Below, in pieces: positions 28,558 to 38,612 of a stretch of 64,000 nt of DNA. How positions within the stretch are numbered: position 1 is the first letter of the stretch; the number at the start of each line of letters is the position of its first letter. Source of the DNA: a bacterium. GTDB taxonomy: Bacteria > Patescibacteriota > Minisyncoccia > Phycocordibacterales > UBA5272. The notes under the pieces were generated by a model. It had not been told where the DNA came from and made no database searches. It worked only from the letters and a program-made list of their open reading frames with translations. Position numbers and translations under genes: made by a program. The stretch is from NCBI GenBank assembly GCA_023267535.1, contig JAHFNC010000003.1, forward strand, positions 75,653 to 139,652, given 5' to 3'.

Positions 28558-30489
28558 ATGGTCGTCTCTTTAAACGAAAAACAATTGGAAGCCGTGCTTC
28601 ACACTGAAGGTCCACTTCTAATTTTGGCAGGTGCTGGTGCTGGAAAAACAAAAACGATAACTGAAAGAATAGTTCAGATAGTAAAAAATGGAACCGAGCC
28701 AAAAAATATTTTAGCCGTAACCTTTACTAACAAAGCCGGAAAGGAAATGCGCGAAAGAATATTAAGCAGACTGGAAGAAGAAAAAATTATAGAAAGAAGT
28801 AATCCTTATTTTTCAAAGCCAATAATAAAAACCTTTCACGGCTTGGGGCTTATGATTTTATCTGAATATGGAAAATTCGCGGGATTACTTAAAAATCCAA
28901 CTATACTTGATTCTCAAGATTCCCTTTCTATTATCAAAGGCGCACTGGAAAAATTAAATATAGACCCAAAGGTCCACGACCCATCAAAAATCCGTTCAAT
29001 AATTTCTAAAGAGAAAGGAAATTTTACTAGTTTATCTGATTATCAGAAAAAAATAGTAAGCACTAAAATGGAAATTATTTTTTCTATTTGGAGGATTTAT
29101 GAAAATGAATTAAAAGAACAAAAGGCAGTTGATTTTGATGATTTAATTGTTAAAGCTGTCAGACTTCTGGAAGAAAATAAAGAGGTTAGAGATTTTTATC
29201 AGAACAGATTTAAATATATTCATGTTGATGAGTATCAAGATACTAATCAGGCCCAATACGAGTTTATTAAATTATTAATAAACAAAGACAAAAATAATAT
29301 TTGTGTGGTTGGTGACACCGATCAAAATATTTATTCTTGGCGCGGGGCGAATTTAAAAAACATAATGGGTTTTGAAAAAGATTTTGAGGGCACACATATT
29401 GTCGTGCTTGAAGAAAATTATCGCTCAACAGGAAATATTTTATCACTAGCCAATAATGCTATTAAGAAAAATAGCGTTAGAAAAGAAAAAGTGCTATTCA
29501 CTAAAAAAGAAGGCGGTGAAAAAATAGAAATACTTCCGGCTTTTGACGAACAAGGAGAGGGGGAGTTGATTGCTAGAAAATCTAAAGAATTAATTGAAAC
29601 CGGAGTAAGCCCGAAAGATATTGCGGTATTGTATCGAGCTAATTTTCAATCCAGAGTCTTAGAAGAATCATTTTTAAGAGAAGGGGTTCCGTATAATTTA
29701 CTTGGAACAAAATTCTTTGAAAGAAAAGAAGTGAAAGATGTTTTAGCATATTTAAGAGTTTCTATGAACCGTGCTTCACAAGTTGATTTGAAAAGAGTTT
29801 TTGAAACACCAAAAAAAGGGATTGGTAAGGCAACTATAGCCAAAATTTTTGCTGGGGCTCTGGTTAATACTTCAACTGATTTAAAAATAAAAAAAGTTTA
29901 TGAATTTTTAGATAAAGTAGAAGAAAAATTACAAAACGAAAATCTTTCTTTTGTCCTACAAATGATAATTGTAGAATCTGGAATTGAAAAAGAGTTAATA
30001 GAGGGAGGAGATGACGGAATAGAAAGACTAGAAAACGTAAGGGAACTTGTTTCGATCACTTCAAAGTATGACGGGGAGGTGGCCATAAATGTCATTGAAC
30101 AATTTTTAGAAGAATCATCTCTGCAATCAGACCAAGATGAAGATAAGGAAGAAAAAGAAGGCGTTAGACTTATGACCATACATTCAAGTAAGGGACTTGA
30201 GTTTGATTATGTGTTTATCTGTGGACTAGAACATGATTTGTTTCCACATAAAAATATAGGAAATAAAAAAGAGACGAAAGAGGAAGAAGAGGAGGAGCGA
30301 AGACTTTTCTACGTGGCAGTCACCAGAGCTAGAAAAAAATTATTCCTATGCTATGCCGAAATCCGAACCATCTTTGGACAAAGACAAATAAATGCGCCGA
30401 GTGAATTTTTGGAAGATGTGGAAGAAGAAATCGGAGAATTTAACGAGACCTATTATAAAGAGGGCGCGGGGAAGATATTTTATATTTAA
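28558..30489 (+). CDS. pcrA: ATP-dependent DNA helicase PcrA/UvrD (superfamily 1)
   Basis: LNEKQLEAVLHTEGPLLILAGAGAGKTKTI (motif I), VDEYQDTNQAQY (motif II), ENYRST and the C-terminal VAVTRARKKLFL. Confidence 0.85.
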   Translation: MVVSLNEKQLEAVLHTEGPLLILAGAGAGKTKTITERIVQIVKNGTEPKNILAVTFTNKAGKEMRERILSRLEEEKIIERSNPYFSKPIIKTFHGLGLMILSEYGKFAGLLKNPTILDSQDSLSIIKGALEKLNIDPKVHDPSKIRSIISKEKGNFTSLSDYQKKIVSTKMEIIFSIWRIYENELKEQKAVDFDDLIVKAVRLLEENKEVRDFYQNRFKYIHVDEYQDTNQAQYEFIKLLINKDKNNICVVGDTDQNIYSWRGANLKNIMGFEKDFEGTHIVVLEENYRSTGNILSLANNAIKKNSVRKEKVLFTKKEGGEKIEILPAFDEQGEGELIARKSKELIETGVSPKDIAVLYRANFQSRVLEESFLREGVPYNLLGTKFFERKEVKDVLAYLRVSMNRASQVDLKRVFETPKKGIGKATIAKIFAGALVNTSTDLKIKKVYEFLDKVEEKLQNENLSFVLQMIIVESGIEKELIEGGDDGIERLENVRELVSITSKYDGEVAINVIEQFLEESSLQSDQDEDKEEKEGVRLMTIHSSKGLEFDYVFICGLEHDLFPHKNIGNKKETKEEEEEERRLFYVAVTRARKKLFLCYAEIRTIFGQRQINAPSEFLEDVEEEIGEFNETYYKEGAGKIFYI

Positions 30490-30525
30490 TTAGCTTTGTA
30501 GTTTTTTATAGTTTAATATGTAGAA

Positions 30526-31299
30526 ATGAAACCTAAAAAATCTCTCGGGCAAAATTTCTTAACTTCTATTCCGGCACGAAATGCCATTGTAAAAGCAGGT
30601 AATATTGTAAAAGATGACACAATATTAGAAATTGGACCTGGAAAGGGAATGCTTACTGAAAAATTGCTGGAATCAGAAGCAAAAGTAATTGCTGTAGAAA
30701 AAGACACAAATCTTATAACATATTTATCGGAAAAATTTGCCGATAAAATAAAAAATAAACAATTTATTTTAATTAATGAAGATATTTTAAAATATAGCGC
30801 CGATAAAATAAAAGGAGAATATAAAATAGTGGCAAATATTCCATACAATATAACTGGGGCTATTATGGAAAAGTTTTTGTCGGACAAAAAACAACCTAGC
30901 GAAATGGTTTTGCTTGTTCAAAAAGAGGTGGCTGAAAGAATTGTAGCCAGAGACGAAAAAGAATCCATTCTCTCGTTGTCTATAAAAGTATATGGCGAGC
31001 CGAAAATAGTCTACAGAGTAAACAAGGGAAGTTTTTTTCCTATTCCAAAAGTGGACAGTGCGGTAATTCATATAAAAAATATATCAAAGAGTAATTTTAA
31101 AAGTAAAAAACACGAAGAAAGATTTTTTGAAATTGTTAAGGTTGGATTTTCCCATAAAAGAAAGGTTTTAATATCAAATTTGAAAGGAAAGTTTGAAAAA
31201 GTGGATTGGAAAGATGTTTTTCTGAATAATAATTTAGATGAAAAAACAAGGGCAGAGGACGTAAACCTAAAAGACTGGCTAAATATTTCTAATTTTTAA
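30526..31299 (+). CDS. rsmA: 16S rRNA (adenine1518/1519-N6)-dimethyltransferase
   Basis: KKSLGQNFL start, SAM-binding ILEIGPGKGMLTEKL and the NIPYNIT motif. Confidence 0.85.
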   Translation: MKPKKSLGQNFLTSIPARNAIVKAGNIVKDDTILEIGPGKGMLTEKLLESEAKVIAVEKDTNLITYLSEKFADKIKNKQFILINEDILKYSADKIKGEYKIVANIPYNITGAIMEKFLSDKKQPSEMVLLVQKEVAERIVARDEKESILSLSIKVYGEPKIVYRVNKGSFFPIPKVDSAVIHIKNISKSNFKSKKHEERFFEIVKVGFSHKRKVLISNLKGKFEKVDWKDVFLNNNLDEKTRAEDVNLKDWLNISNF

Positions 31300-31359
31300 A
31301 ACACTACCGTGGGGAAAAGTTTATTATAAGGAAGACTTTGGTGTTAAAATTACATTAAT

Positions 31360-32253
31360 ATGGACGAAACAACTATTTCTTTAAAAAAGAAGGATTTATT
31401 AATTTTATTAGTGGCCATTGTTATTATCGTTTTGCTTTCTTTAATGCCTGCGAAGTGGTTAGGTCTTGGAAGTAATAAATTAACACAAAATGTGCCAGGG
31501 GATTTAACTGTTATCAGTACTAAAATAAAAAATGGCGAAAATCCAATAGCCCCATACATCAAAAGTTTTAGTGATAATGGACAAGCCACAGATGTGAGCA
31601 CAGTTGACCCAGTGGTTAATGATGATAATAATATCACCACTCAATTTTCAAAAAATTCTTTCTCAATAGCGGCCGCTTTAAATAATCAGGGGGTAACGGA
31701 TACCAACACCGTAAATAAAGTCGGTGCAAATTTAGGAAATATCACTCAGTCGGATTTGTTTAAACCGAAATTTACAATTAACGATGTTAAGATTTCACAA
31801 AATAATGATGTTAAAACATTAAAAGATTATGGCAATAAGATTGTTGGAGAAACGGCAATAATCTTAGTAAGCTTGGTCGGCAATAAAGATACGGAAGATG
31901 TATCTAATTACATGAATGACAAGAACATCAGCGACCTTAAAAATTATGATGTCAAAATAACTTATACTCAAAAAGTAATAAATGATTTCAAACAACTCTC
32001 GGTCCCGCCATCTTTCGCTAATGCTCACTTAAATATGTTAAATAATTTAAACTCTTATTTGGTTATGTTAAAAGGATTTAGAGGAACTGACACTGATCCA
32101 CTATATTCATATATAGCGCTTAATAATTACGGAAATATTTCTAATTCATTTATAAATTCAATAAGAGAATATAAAACAATATTTGATAACAACTCAATTG
32201 TTTTTGGACCAAATGACCCAGGATATTTATTTAATAATCTAAATTATAAATAA
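31360..32253 (+). CDS. hypothetical membrane-anchored extracytoplasmic protein (first gene of T4SS-like locus)
   Basis: 297 aa. Single N-terminal TM (LLILLVAIVIIVLLSLM), Asn/Thr-rich ectodomain. Stop is 1 nt from the next start. Confidence 0.5.
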   Translation: MDETTISLKKKDLLILLVAIVIIVLLSLMPAKWLGLGSNKLTQNVPGDLTVISTKIKNGENPIAPYIKSFSDNGQATDVSTVDPVVNDDNNITTQFSKNSFSIAAALNNQGVTDTNTVNKVGANLGNITQSDLFKPKFTINDVKISQNNDVKTLKDYGNKIVGETAIILVSLVGNKDTEDVSNYMNDKNISDLKNYDVKITYTQKVINDFKQLSVPPSFANAHLNMLNNLNSYLVMLKGFRGTDTDPLYSYIALNNYGNISNSFINSIREYKTIFDNNSIVFGPNDPGYLFNNLNYK

Positions 32254-32254
32254 C

Positions 32255-34000
32255 ATGAAAAAAATAATTATTTTGTTTGCGGTAATAGTGTTGGTAACAG
32301 GAAAGTACAAAGCTGAAGCCCAATTAGCTGTTGCTTGCGTCAATTGTTCAACTTGGATGTCCCAGGTGGGCATCCAAATTCCTAAAGAAATAATTACCGC
32401 CGTTGAAACAGGATATACAGCTGTTTCAACTGGACTGTCCGCAACAAAAGGAACAATTTTAGACCCAATAGCTAATATGCTGAAAAATACTGTTCTTAAC
32501 CAAATAACTAACACAACTTTAAATTGGGTAAGAAGTGGTGGAAAAACCAGTCTAAGTGGATCTTTATTTATAAATAATCCAGATAGATTTTTACAAAATG
32601 TAACCAACAATGCCACTCGTATTGCTATCAATCAAATGCAAGGACAAAACGGGGGAGACATGTTTACCAATAGCGTTATTGGCGCCGTTACAGCAAATGT
32701 ACGAAATGGGCAACTATCCATAAACGCCCAAGTGCCGTACACCCTAGCAACAACGATACAAAACGGTGCCTGCACTGATGCTAATTTATCTCAAATGGCA
32801 CTTAATGCTATCGGTGGAGGAGATTTAACTGACCCTGCAACCAGAGTCGCCTACAATCAGAAAAAATCAGATTTATATAATTCGTTATGTAAGACATCTG
32901 CTTCAGGAAGTTCTGGATCATCAGCGAACGGAAATAATCAGGCACAGAATCAACAGAAAGTAACAAATTGCTTTTTAGGGGATTTCAATTGTGGTGGGTG
33001 GAATGCTTTTCTTGATATGACAAATACCAATACTAATCCATATGCAGTACAAGCCCAGAGACAAGCCCTAGCCGTACAGCAAGCGGCAGACGCCAAAGCA
33101 AAAGCACAACTTGATATGCAAAATGGTAAGGGGGCAATAAGTCAAACAACTTGTGATAAAACACAAATAGACCCAAACAGTGGAAAGTCCATGTGTATAG
33201 GACAAACCATTGTCACTCCATCCTCTGTTGTCTCAGATACTATGAACAAATCGGCCTCACGTGGAGTAGATACTTTGATGAATTCACAAAACGATATATT
33301 CACAACATTTGCTAACGCTGCCATGACTGCGCTTATGAATGGAGTGTTCTCGTTATCATATAATAGTAGCGGTTCTGGTGGTGGGTCAATCACTTACAAT
33401 CCTACAACACCTATAAATACCGTTGTAGCAAGTTCAACCAATCAAAATGATTTATCGGTAGCAAACAAAACTACACTAGCAGCTCCTTTACTTGATAAAT
33501 TAAATGGCGAATTAGTGGAAATTGATACTATCAAAACAGGGGATGGCAATATTATTGCCATGCTAAACAGTTACGAGTCACAAGTTAACGGACTAACAGA
33601 TTGCTACGGTAGATTAATTGCCTTAAATCAGACCATGGCCAGTGATACTAGAGTTTTAGCAGGAAACACATTAGTAGACGCTAGAAAGTTACGAATAAGA
33701 AATGAAAGAAATTCTCTCCAAGCAGAAATAAATTCTTCGGCATCAACAACAGTTGCTATTAACGGTGTGAAAACTACAATCAGCAACACTTTCAGCACAA
33801 CAGTACTTGGACAAATAGCTGATTCAATTTCAACAGCCATAACAAACGGAACACTGCCAGCTCCCGGAACAGGTGCACAAAAAGAGGCAACCCTAATAAC
33901 CGAAAGACAAACAAATGATGATGATATAAAAAACAATATAGCTCCTAAAATCAATGAGTGTGAACAAATAATAGTTTCAATGAACAATATATCTCAGTAG
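32255..34000 (+). CDS. hypothetical secreted protein (T4SS-like locus). Cys-containing, Thr/Ser/Asn/Gln-rich
   Basis: 581 aa, signal peptide (MKKIIILFAVIVLVTGKYKAEA), several Cys pairs. Possibly a surface or pilus-associated component. Confidence 0.5.
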   Translation: MKKIIILFAVIVLVTGKYKAEAQLAVACVNCSTWMSQVGIQIPKEIITAVETGYTAVSTGLSATKGTILDPIANMLKNTVLNQITNTTLNWVRSGGKTSLSGSLFINNPDRFLQNVTNNATRIAINQMQGQNGGDMFTNSVIGAVTANVRNGQLSINAQVPYTLATTIQNGACTDANLSQMALNAIGGGDLTDPATRVAYNQKKSDLYNSLCKTSASGSSGSSANGNNQAQNQQKVTNCFLGDFNCGGWNAFLDMTNTNTNPYAVQAQRQALAVQQAADAKAKAQLDMQNGKGAISQTTCDKTQIDPNSGKSMCIGQTIVTPSSVVSDTMNKSASRGVDTLMNSQNDIFTTFANAAMTALMNGVFSLSYNSSGSGGGSITYNPTTPINTVVASSTNQNDLSVANKTTLAAPLLDKLNGELVEIDTIKTGDGNIIAMLNSYESQVNGLTDCYGRLIALNQTMASDTRVLAGNTLVDARKLRIRNERNSLQAEINSSASTTVAINGVKTTISNTFSTTVLGQIADSISTAITNGTLPAPGTGAQKEATLITERQTNDDDIKNNIAPKINECEQIIVSMNNISQ

Positions 34001-34037
34001 GTTATTCCCTAATAAACGTAACCAAATAAAAGCCTGT

Positions 34038-36671
34038 TTGCAGTTAAAAAACAGGCTTTTATTATGCTACAATAACACTATGAAAAAGTTGATAGGACTT
34101 TTTGTTTTTGTAATAGCTTTTAGTGTGTTTTTGTTGCCAAAAACAACAATCGCTCAAGTGGTAACGGATAAAACTTACGCTGGGTACTCGGCTTTTTTTG
34201 ATACAGCTGTAAGCCAAGTAAACAATGCTAACGGTATAAATAGTAATGATAAACCTAAAGTGGTGAGTGTGGTTACTTCCGCTAAATATTGGTACGACAA
34301 CACATACAGAAACTCTACCGCCACAACTGAAGGGGCAAAATTATCTGAAGCTTTACAGAAAGCATATGATTCTGTAATAAGTGATACCGATAGCACTTTT
34401 TATCTTTCATTACAAGCTGGTAGCAGAACCCCTGCGGAAAGTTTCTTGTCCTCTTTTGGTGGACAGCTAAGGGTATACGCCAATGAGGCTGGTATAGTGC
34501 AGCAATTGGCTACAACAAATGGAACCACTACTCAAGCAGCTCAATCTCAACTAAATTCTCAAACAGCTAATCTGGCTGGCACGCAAGCCACAGCTTTAAA
34601 CGAACAACCTCAAAAATGTTCTTTCGGTCCTTCTTTTAGTATGTCGGCTTGTATTAATGATTTCGTTACTTGGCTTATAAAAGTAACTCTCTTAAACATT
34701 GCTTCTGTTTTACTTTGGGCGGCATCTTCTGTTCTTAATATGTCTATGCAATACGGAGTATTTCAGTTTGCATCATGGGCACCAGCAAGTTTATATCCAC
34801 TATGGCAAATAGTCAGGCAAGTAATGTCGCTATGTATAATTTTCGCCGGATTGTATGTTGGTTTTATGTATATAATAAATCAGCAAGATATTTTTATAAA
34901 AAGATTTATTCCGTGGCTTGTTGTTTTTGCTTTCTTTGTTAACTTTTCATACCCAATATCAAGAGCGCTTATAGATATATCAAATGTAACTTCACTAAAT
35001 ATATACTCTCAGGCTACTGGTAATGCAAATTTATTAGACAAAGACTACAATGGACCAAAAACAATGGGCTCAGAAATAATGACAAAGCTTGGATTACAAG
35101 ATTTAATTTTTACAGTAAACAATCCATCTAACACTTCTCTTTTGGGAAATTTAAATAGTCCAGGAATAGCATTAGTTGCCGTAGCGTATGTGTTATATGC
35201 CGCCTATGTTTTATTTATGTGTGCACTCTTAATAATGACTAGAACATTTGTTTTGATATTTACAATAATTGGATCTCCGATTCTTTTGATTGATTCGGTT
35301 ATACCAAAATTAGGAGAGTACGGTAAAAAGTTGCGCTCTTTATTTTTTGGGCAACTAGCTGTCTCTATTATTTTTACAATTATGTTTTATTTTGTAATAA
35401 AAGTTATGGAAATATTGGGTACAGCTTTGCCTGCCAAAATAAGTAATCTAAATGGAAGCCCTACTTCTGCTGATATTGCTGGTATGTTTTTTGGAATACT
35501 GATGATGCTTATACTGCTTCACATTATGCTTAAGGTAACCAAGAGCTTGAGTGGAGCAATTGGAGAAGTTGTTACAAAATACGGAAATGCCGCTTTGGGT
35601 GCGACGCTTGGCTTGGCAGCTGGAGGAGCTGGTTTAGCAGGAAGGGCTGTCATAGGACGTGGAGCAGCTGGGCTTGCTGAAAGTCAGTGGATGCAAAAAG
35701 CGCAAGGAAGTGCACTTGGTCGTATGGCATACAATGCCACCAACTCTGTGGGGAACAGTTCTTTTGATTTAAGAAATTCTGGTATCGCTCAGAGAGCGGG
35801 TGGTGCTTTTGCTAGCACCTTAGGAATAAAAGATGTAGGTCTCGGAAAAGGAAGTCAGACATCTTATAACAAAAACCTAGCAGAAAGAACGACTAGTTTT
35901 AAAAAGAAATACGGGGAAATTAAAGATGATAAAGCCAGACAAGAATATGCTAGGAATGTAAGCAACTCGGGAATCTTTGGTGAAGGTAAAAAAATAACAA
36001 AAGAAGTATTTTCAAAAGAAGAGGAAGAGGCTAGACGAGAAAACAAAGGAATTGATGCTCTCACAAATAAATATAGAAACTCAACAGGAGAAGACAGGCA
36101 AAACCTTTTCAAAAACTCCTCTTCTGATGCAAAACAGGCGATGAAAGGTACAGACGAAGCTGCGGGACGTAATGATGAATCTATCGCTAATCTCATGACA
36201 GAGGCTAAGGAAATAGATAAAACAGTAAAGAGCTATAATGAGTCTTCTTCTCCAGATAAAGAGCTCATTCTTAATATGCAAGAACAAAGTGTTAAAGATA
36301 TGCTAGTTGGGTCAGATAAAACAAAAGCTCAAAAGGTGAACAACTATGGCTCAGTTTCTGGAAACACAAAACAACAATATTTTGAGAAACAAAATGATGA
36401 TACAAAAGAAGCTATGTTGGAAAAAGATAAAGCAGAAGCCGAAAAAGAAAACATGGAAAGAGATAAACAAGAAGCCACAAAAACCGATAAAGTTGTAAAT
36501 GCTTACAATAATAAATCTGATGATACTAAACGAAAAATTTTTGATAATCAAAAAGATGACATTAAAAAAATCTTAATGGAACAAGATAGATCAAAAGCAG
36601 AACAAGAAAATAAAAACAGGGGAGAATCTACTCCTAACACCCAAATAAATCCAGTCCGTTTAGCAGCTTAA
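34038..36671 (+). CDS. VirB6/TrbL-like polytopic membrane protein with N-terminal periplasmic domain and K/E-rich cytoplasmic tail
   Basis: 877 aa. Signal peptide, ~190 aa soluble domain, then about eight TM helices in the VirB6/TrbL arrangement, then a Gly/Ala-rich linker and a long charged tail. Confidence 0.45.
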   Translation: MQLKNRLLLCYNNTMKKLIGLFVFVIAFSVFLLPKTTIAQVVTDKTYAGYSAFFDTAVSQVNNANGINSNDKPKVVSVVTSAKYWYDNTYRNSTATTEGAKLSEALQKAYDSVISDTDSTFYLSLQAGSRTPAESFLSSFGGQLRVYANEAGIVQQLATTNGTTTQAAQSQLNSQTANLAGTQATALNEQPQKCSFGPSFSMSACINDFVTWLIKVTLLNIASVLLWAASSVLNMSMQYGVFQFASWAPASLYPLWQIVRQVMSLCIIFAGLYVGFMYIINQQDIFIKRFIPWLVVFAFFVNFSYPISRALIDISNVTSLNIYSQATGNANLLDKDYNGPKTMGSEIMTKLGLQDLIFTVNNPSNTSLLGNLNSPGIALVAVAYVLYAAYVLFMCALLIMTRTFVLIFTIIGSPILLIDSVIPKLGEYGKKLRSLFFGQLAVSIIFTIMFYFVIKVMEILGTALPAKISNLNGSPTSADIAGMFFGILMMLILLHIMLKVTKSLSGAIGEVVTKYGNAALGATLGLAAGGAGLAGRAVIGRGAAGLAESQWMQKAQGSALGRMAYNATNSVGNSSFDLRNSGIAQRAGGAFASTLGIKDVGLGKGSQTSYNKNLAERTTSFKKKYGEIKDDKARQEYARNVSNSGIFGEGKKITKEVFSKEEEEARRENKGIDALTNKYRNSTGEDRQNLFKNSSSDAKQAMKGTDEAAGRNDESIANLMTEAKEIDKTVKSYNESSSPDKELILNMQEQSVKDMLVGSDKTKAQKVNNYGSVSGNTKQQYFEKQNDDTKEAMLEKDKAEAEKENMERDKQEATKTDKVVNAYNNKSDDTKRKIFDNQKDDIKKILMEQDRSKAEQENKNRGESTPNTQINPVRLAA

Positions 36672-36718
36672 TGACAAAAAGACTTTGATTTCGTCTGTTT
36701 AAGAAGTAAACTAAAACA

Positions 36719-37417
36719 ATGAACGTCAGCGAACTACAAGATTATTTTGCCAATGCCGAACCAGAAATAAAAGTATTTTTGGCGTCTGACGAGCTGGAAA
36801 AATCTGTGGCGGTTTTAGGCGAATCTCATGGCCTACAAATTTCTAAATATCTAGCTCTTCAAAATGTTGTCACTCTTTTACTTATTGGAGCTCTCAAACC
36901 AGAAGGTGCAGTTGATTCATTGAAAGAACATCTAGAAATTACTGATAGCGCTGCTTATTTACTTGCTAAAGATATTGATGCTAGTATCTTGCAAAAAGTT
37001 AGGATGTCTATCTTTGGAAAAACGGAAGGCGAAATAAAAGAAATAAAATTAGGAAACCCTGATGAAAAAAGAGAATCACTTAGAGCTCAGATTGCTCAGG
37101 AAATAAATAAAAATCCTACCCCTCCAGAAAAAGATGACAGCAGAAAAGTCCCTACCATGTCCAGAAATGATTTAATGGAACAGCTTGGCTTACTTGAAAA
37201 AATACCAAACGATGAAGACGTAGAGAAAAGAATGGCTATTATAAAAGACCAATTAGAAAAAATAAAAAAAGAAGAGGAAGTGCAAGAAAAAGAGCAAGAA
37301 AAAGAAATTCTTTTAAAACCAAAAGAAATAGTGGTAACCGCAGAACCAAAAATGGCGCCTTACAGCGAAGCTCCAACGCATTATAATGTTGACCCTTATA
37401 AAGAAACCGTCGAGTAA
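36719..37417 (+). CDS. hypothetical acidic cytoplasmic protein (T4SS-like locus)
   Basis: 232 aa, E/K-rich C-terminal half. Confidence 0.45.
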   Translation: MNVSELQDYFANAEPEIKVFLASDELEKSVAVLGESHGLQISKYLALQNVVTLLLIGALKPEGAVDSLKEHLEITDSAAYLLAKDIDASILQKVRMSIFGKTEGEIKEIKLGNPDEKRESLRAQIAQEINKNPTPPEKDDSRKVPTMSRNDLMEQLGLLEKIPNDEDVEKRMAIIKDQLEKIKKEEEVQEKEQEKEILLKPKEIVVTAEPKMAPYSEAPTHYNVDPYKETVE

Positions 37418-37456
37418 GTAATTGGTTAATTAAACTTTTGAGATTATAATATAGCT

Positions 37457-37891
37457 ATGCAATTTAGAGTCCCACAATTTATTGATATTGAAGATAAAAT
37501 ATTTGGGCCTTTCACCTTGAAGCAATTTGCTTACATCATCGGAGCTCTTGGATTTTCTTTTATAATTTGGACATTCATCAGTAATAGACTAATAGCTTTT
37601 ATTCTTATACTTCCAGTGGCCGGACTATTCGTGGCTTTAGCTTTTGTTAAAGTAAATGAACGTCCGTTTGTTGATATGTTAGAAAGTGCATTTAAATATA
37701 TAACTAGCTCAAAAATATATACATGGAAACAACCAACGGTAGCCGAGGGGACTGAAAACAAAAAACCAAACCAAATTGTAACCGAAGCCACCAAGTCAGC
37801 GGTCATAGAAAATGTTAAAGCAAATAGATTACATGAAATTTCTGTCGGGCTTGATATTTTGGATCGTAACGATATCGGAGAAAATAGTTAA
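37457..37891 (+). CDS. PrgI/VirB3-like small two-TM protein
   Basis: 144 aa. N-terminus MQFRVPQFIDIEDKIFGPFTLKQFAYIIGALGFSFIIW followed by a second helix. Similar size and topology to PrgI/TcpE/VirB3 proteins that precede VirB4 in Gram-positive-type T4SS. Confidence 0.45.
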   Translation: MQFRVPQFIDIEDKIFGPFTLKQFAYIIGALGFSFIIWTFISNRLIAFILILPVAGLFVALAFVKVNERPFVDMLESAFKYITSSKIYTWKQPTVAEGTENKKPNQIVTEATKSAVIENVKANRLHEISVGLDILDRNDIGENS

Positions 37892-37954
37892 TTATACTGT
37901 TTTTCTTATCACTATTAACTAGTAACTACAAGCTAGCTTTGTTATACTTTTACT

Positions 37955-38611
37955 ATGGCTATTTCTACTGCTACACAGCAGTTTGTTCCAATAGATAAAA
38001 TAAGAGATGGAGTTATCGTATTAAAAAATGGAGAGTTAAGAGCAATCCTAATGACGAGCTCTCTTAATCTGTCTCTAAAAAGTACCGATGAGCAACAAGG
38101 AATAATTCTTCAGTTCCAAAATATGCTAAATTCCCTTGATTTTCCAATACAATTTTTTATACAATCACGTAGATTAGATATAAAACCCTATCTTGATTTA
38201 TTAGGGGAAAGAAGGACGGAAGTGAAAGAAGATTTATTAAAATTACAGATAAACGAGTACATCGGCTTTATAAAAAAATTTACTGATGAGGTAAATATTA
38301 TGACCAAACATTTTTTTATTGTCATTCCTTATATGCCTCCAGTTATATCACAAAAAAATGCTGGCATTTCTTCATTGCTTTCAATGGGAGCAACGAAAAC
38401 AACCAAAGAAGAAATAAGTTCTTTTGAAGAGAATCGTATGCAGTTGGAACAAAGAACAGCAACAGTAATGCAAGGAATTACTAGATTTGGAATAAGAGCT
38501 CAGAAATTAAAGACTGAGGAAATTGTGGAATTGTTTTATAAAATATTTAATCCTGGCGAGCAAGATCATTCCGTTCACTCCATAGCAACTAATTTAGGAA
38601 ACAAACAATAA
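37955..38611 (+). CDS. VirB4-family ATPase, N-terminal segment (separated from the downstream ORF by a frame change; possible pseudogene, split gene or sequencing frameshift)
   Basis: VPIDKIRDGVIVLKNGELRAILMTSSLNLSLKSTDEQQGIILQFQNMLNSLDFPIQF resembles the extreme N-terminus of conjugative-transposon VirB4/TrsE ATPases, from memory. The downstream reading frame is open from 38598, so the two ORFs overlap by about 14 nt in an A-rich stretch (GGAAACAAACAATAA). Confidence 0.45.
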   Translation: MAISTATQQFVPIDKIRDGVIVLKNGELRAILMTSSLNLSLKSTDEQQGIILQFQNMLNSLDFPIQFFIQSRRLDIKPYLDLLGERRTEVKEDLLKLQINEYIGFIKKFTDEVNIMTKHFFIVIPYMPPVISQKNAGISSLLSMGATKTTKEEISSFEENRMQLEQRTATVMQGITRFGIRAQKLKTEEIVELFYKIFNPGEQDHSVHSIATNLGNKQ

Positions 38612-38612
38612 T

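Noticed and set aside
28558-30489. UvrD-like helicase with two upstream hypothetical genes as a defence system
   Set aside because: The helicase has the full housekeeping PcrA/UvrD motif set and no nuclease or other defence-associated domains are recognisable in the neighbours. Most simply the housekeeping repair helicase.
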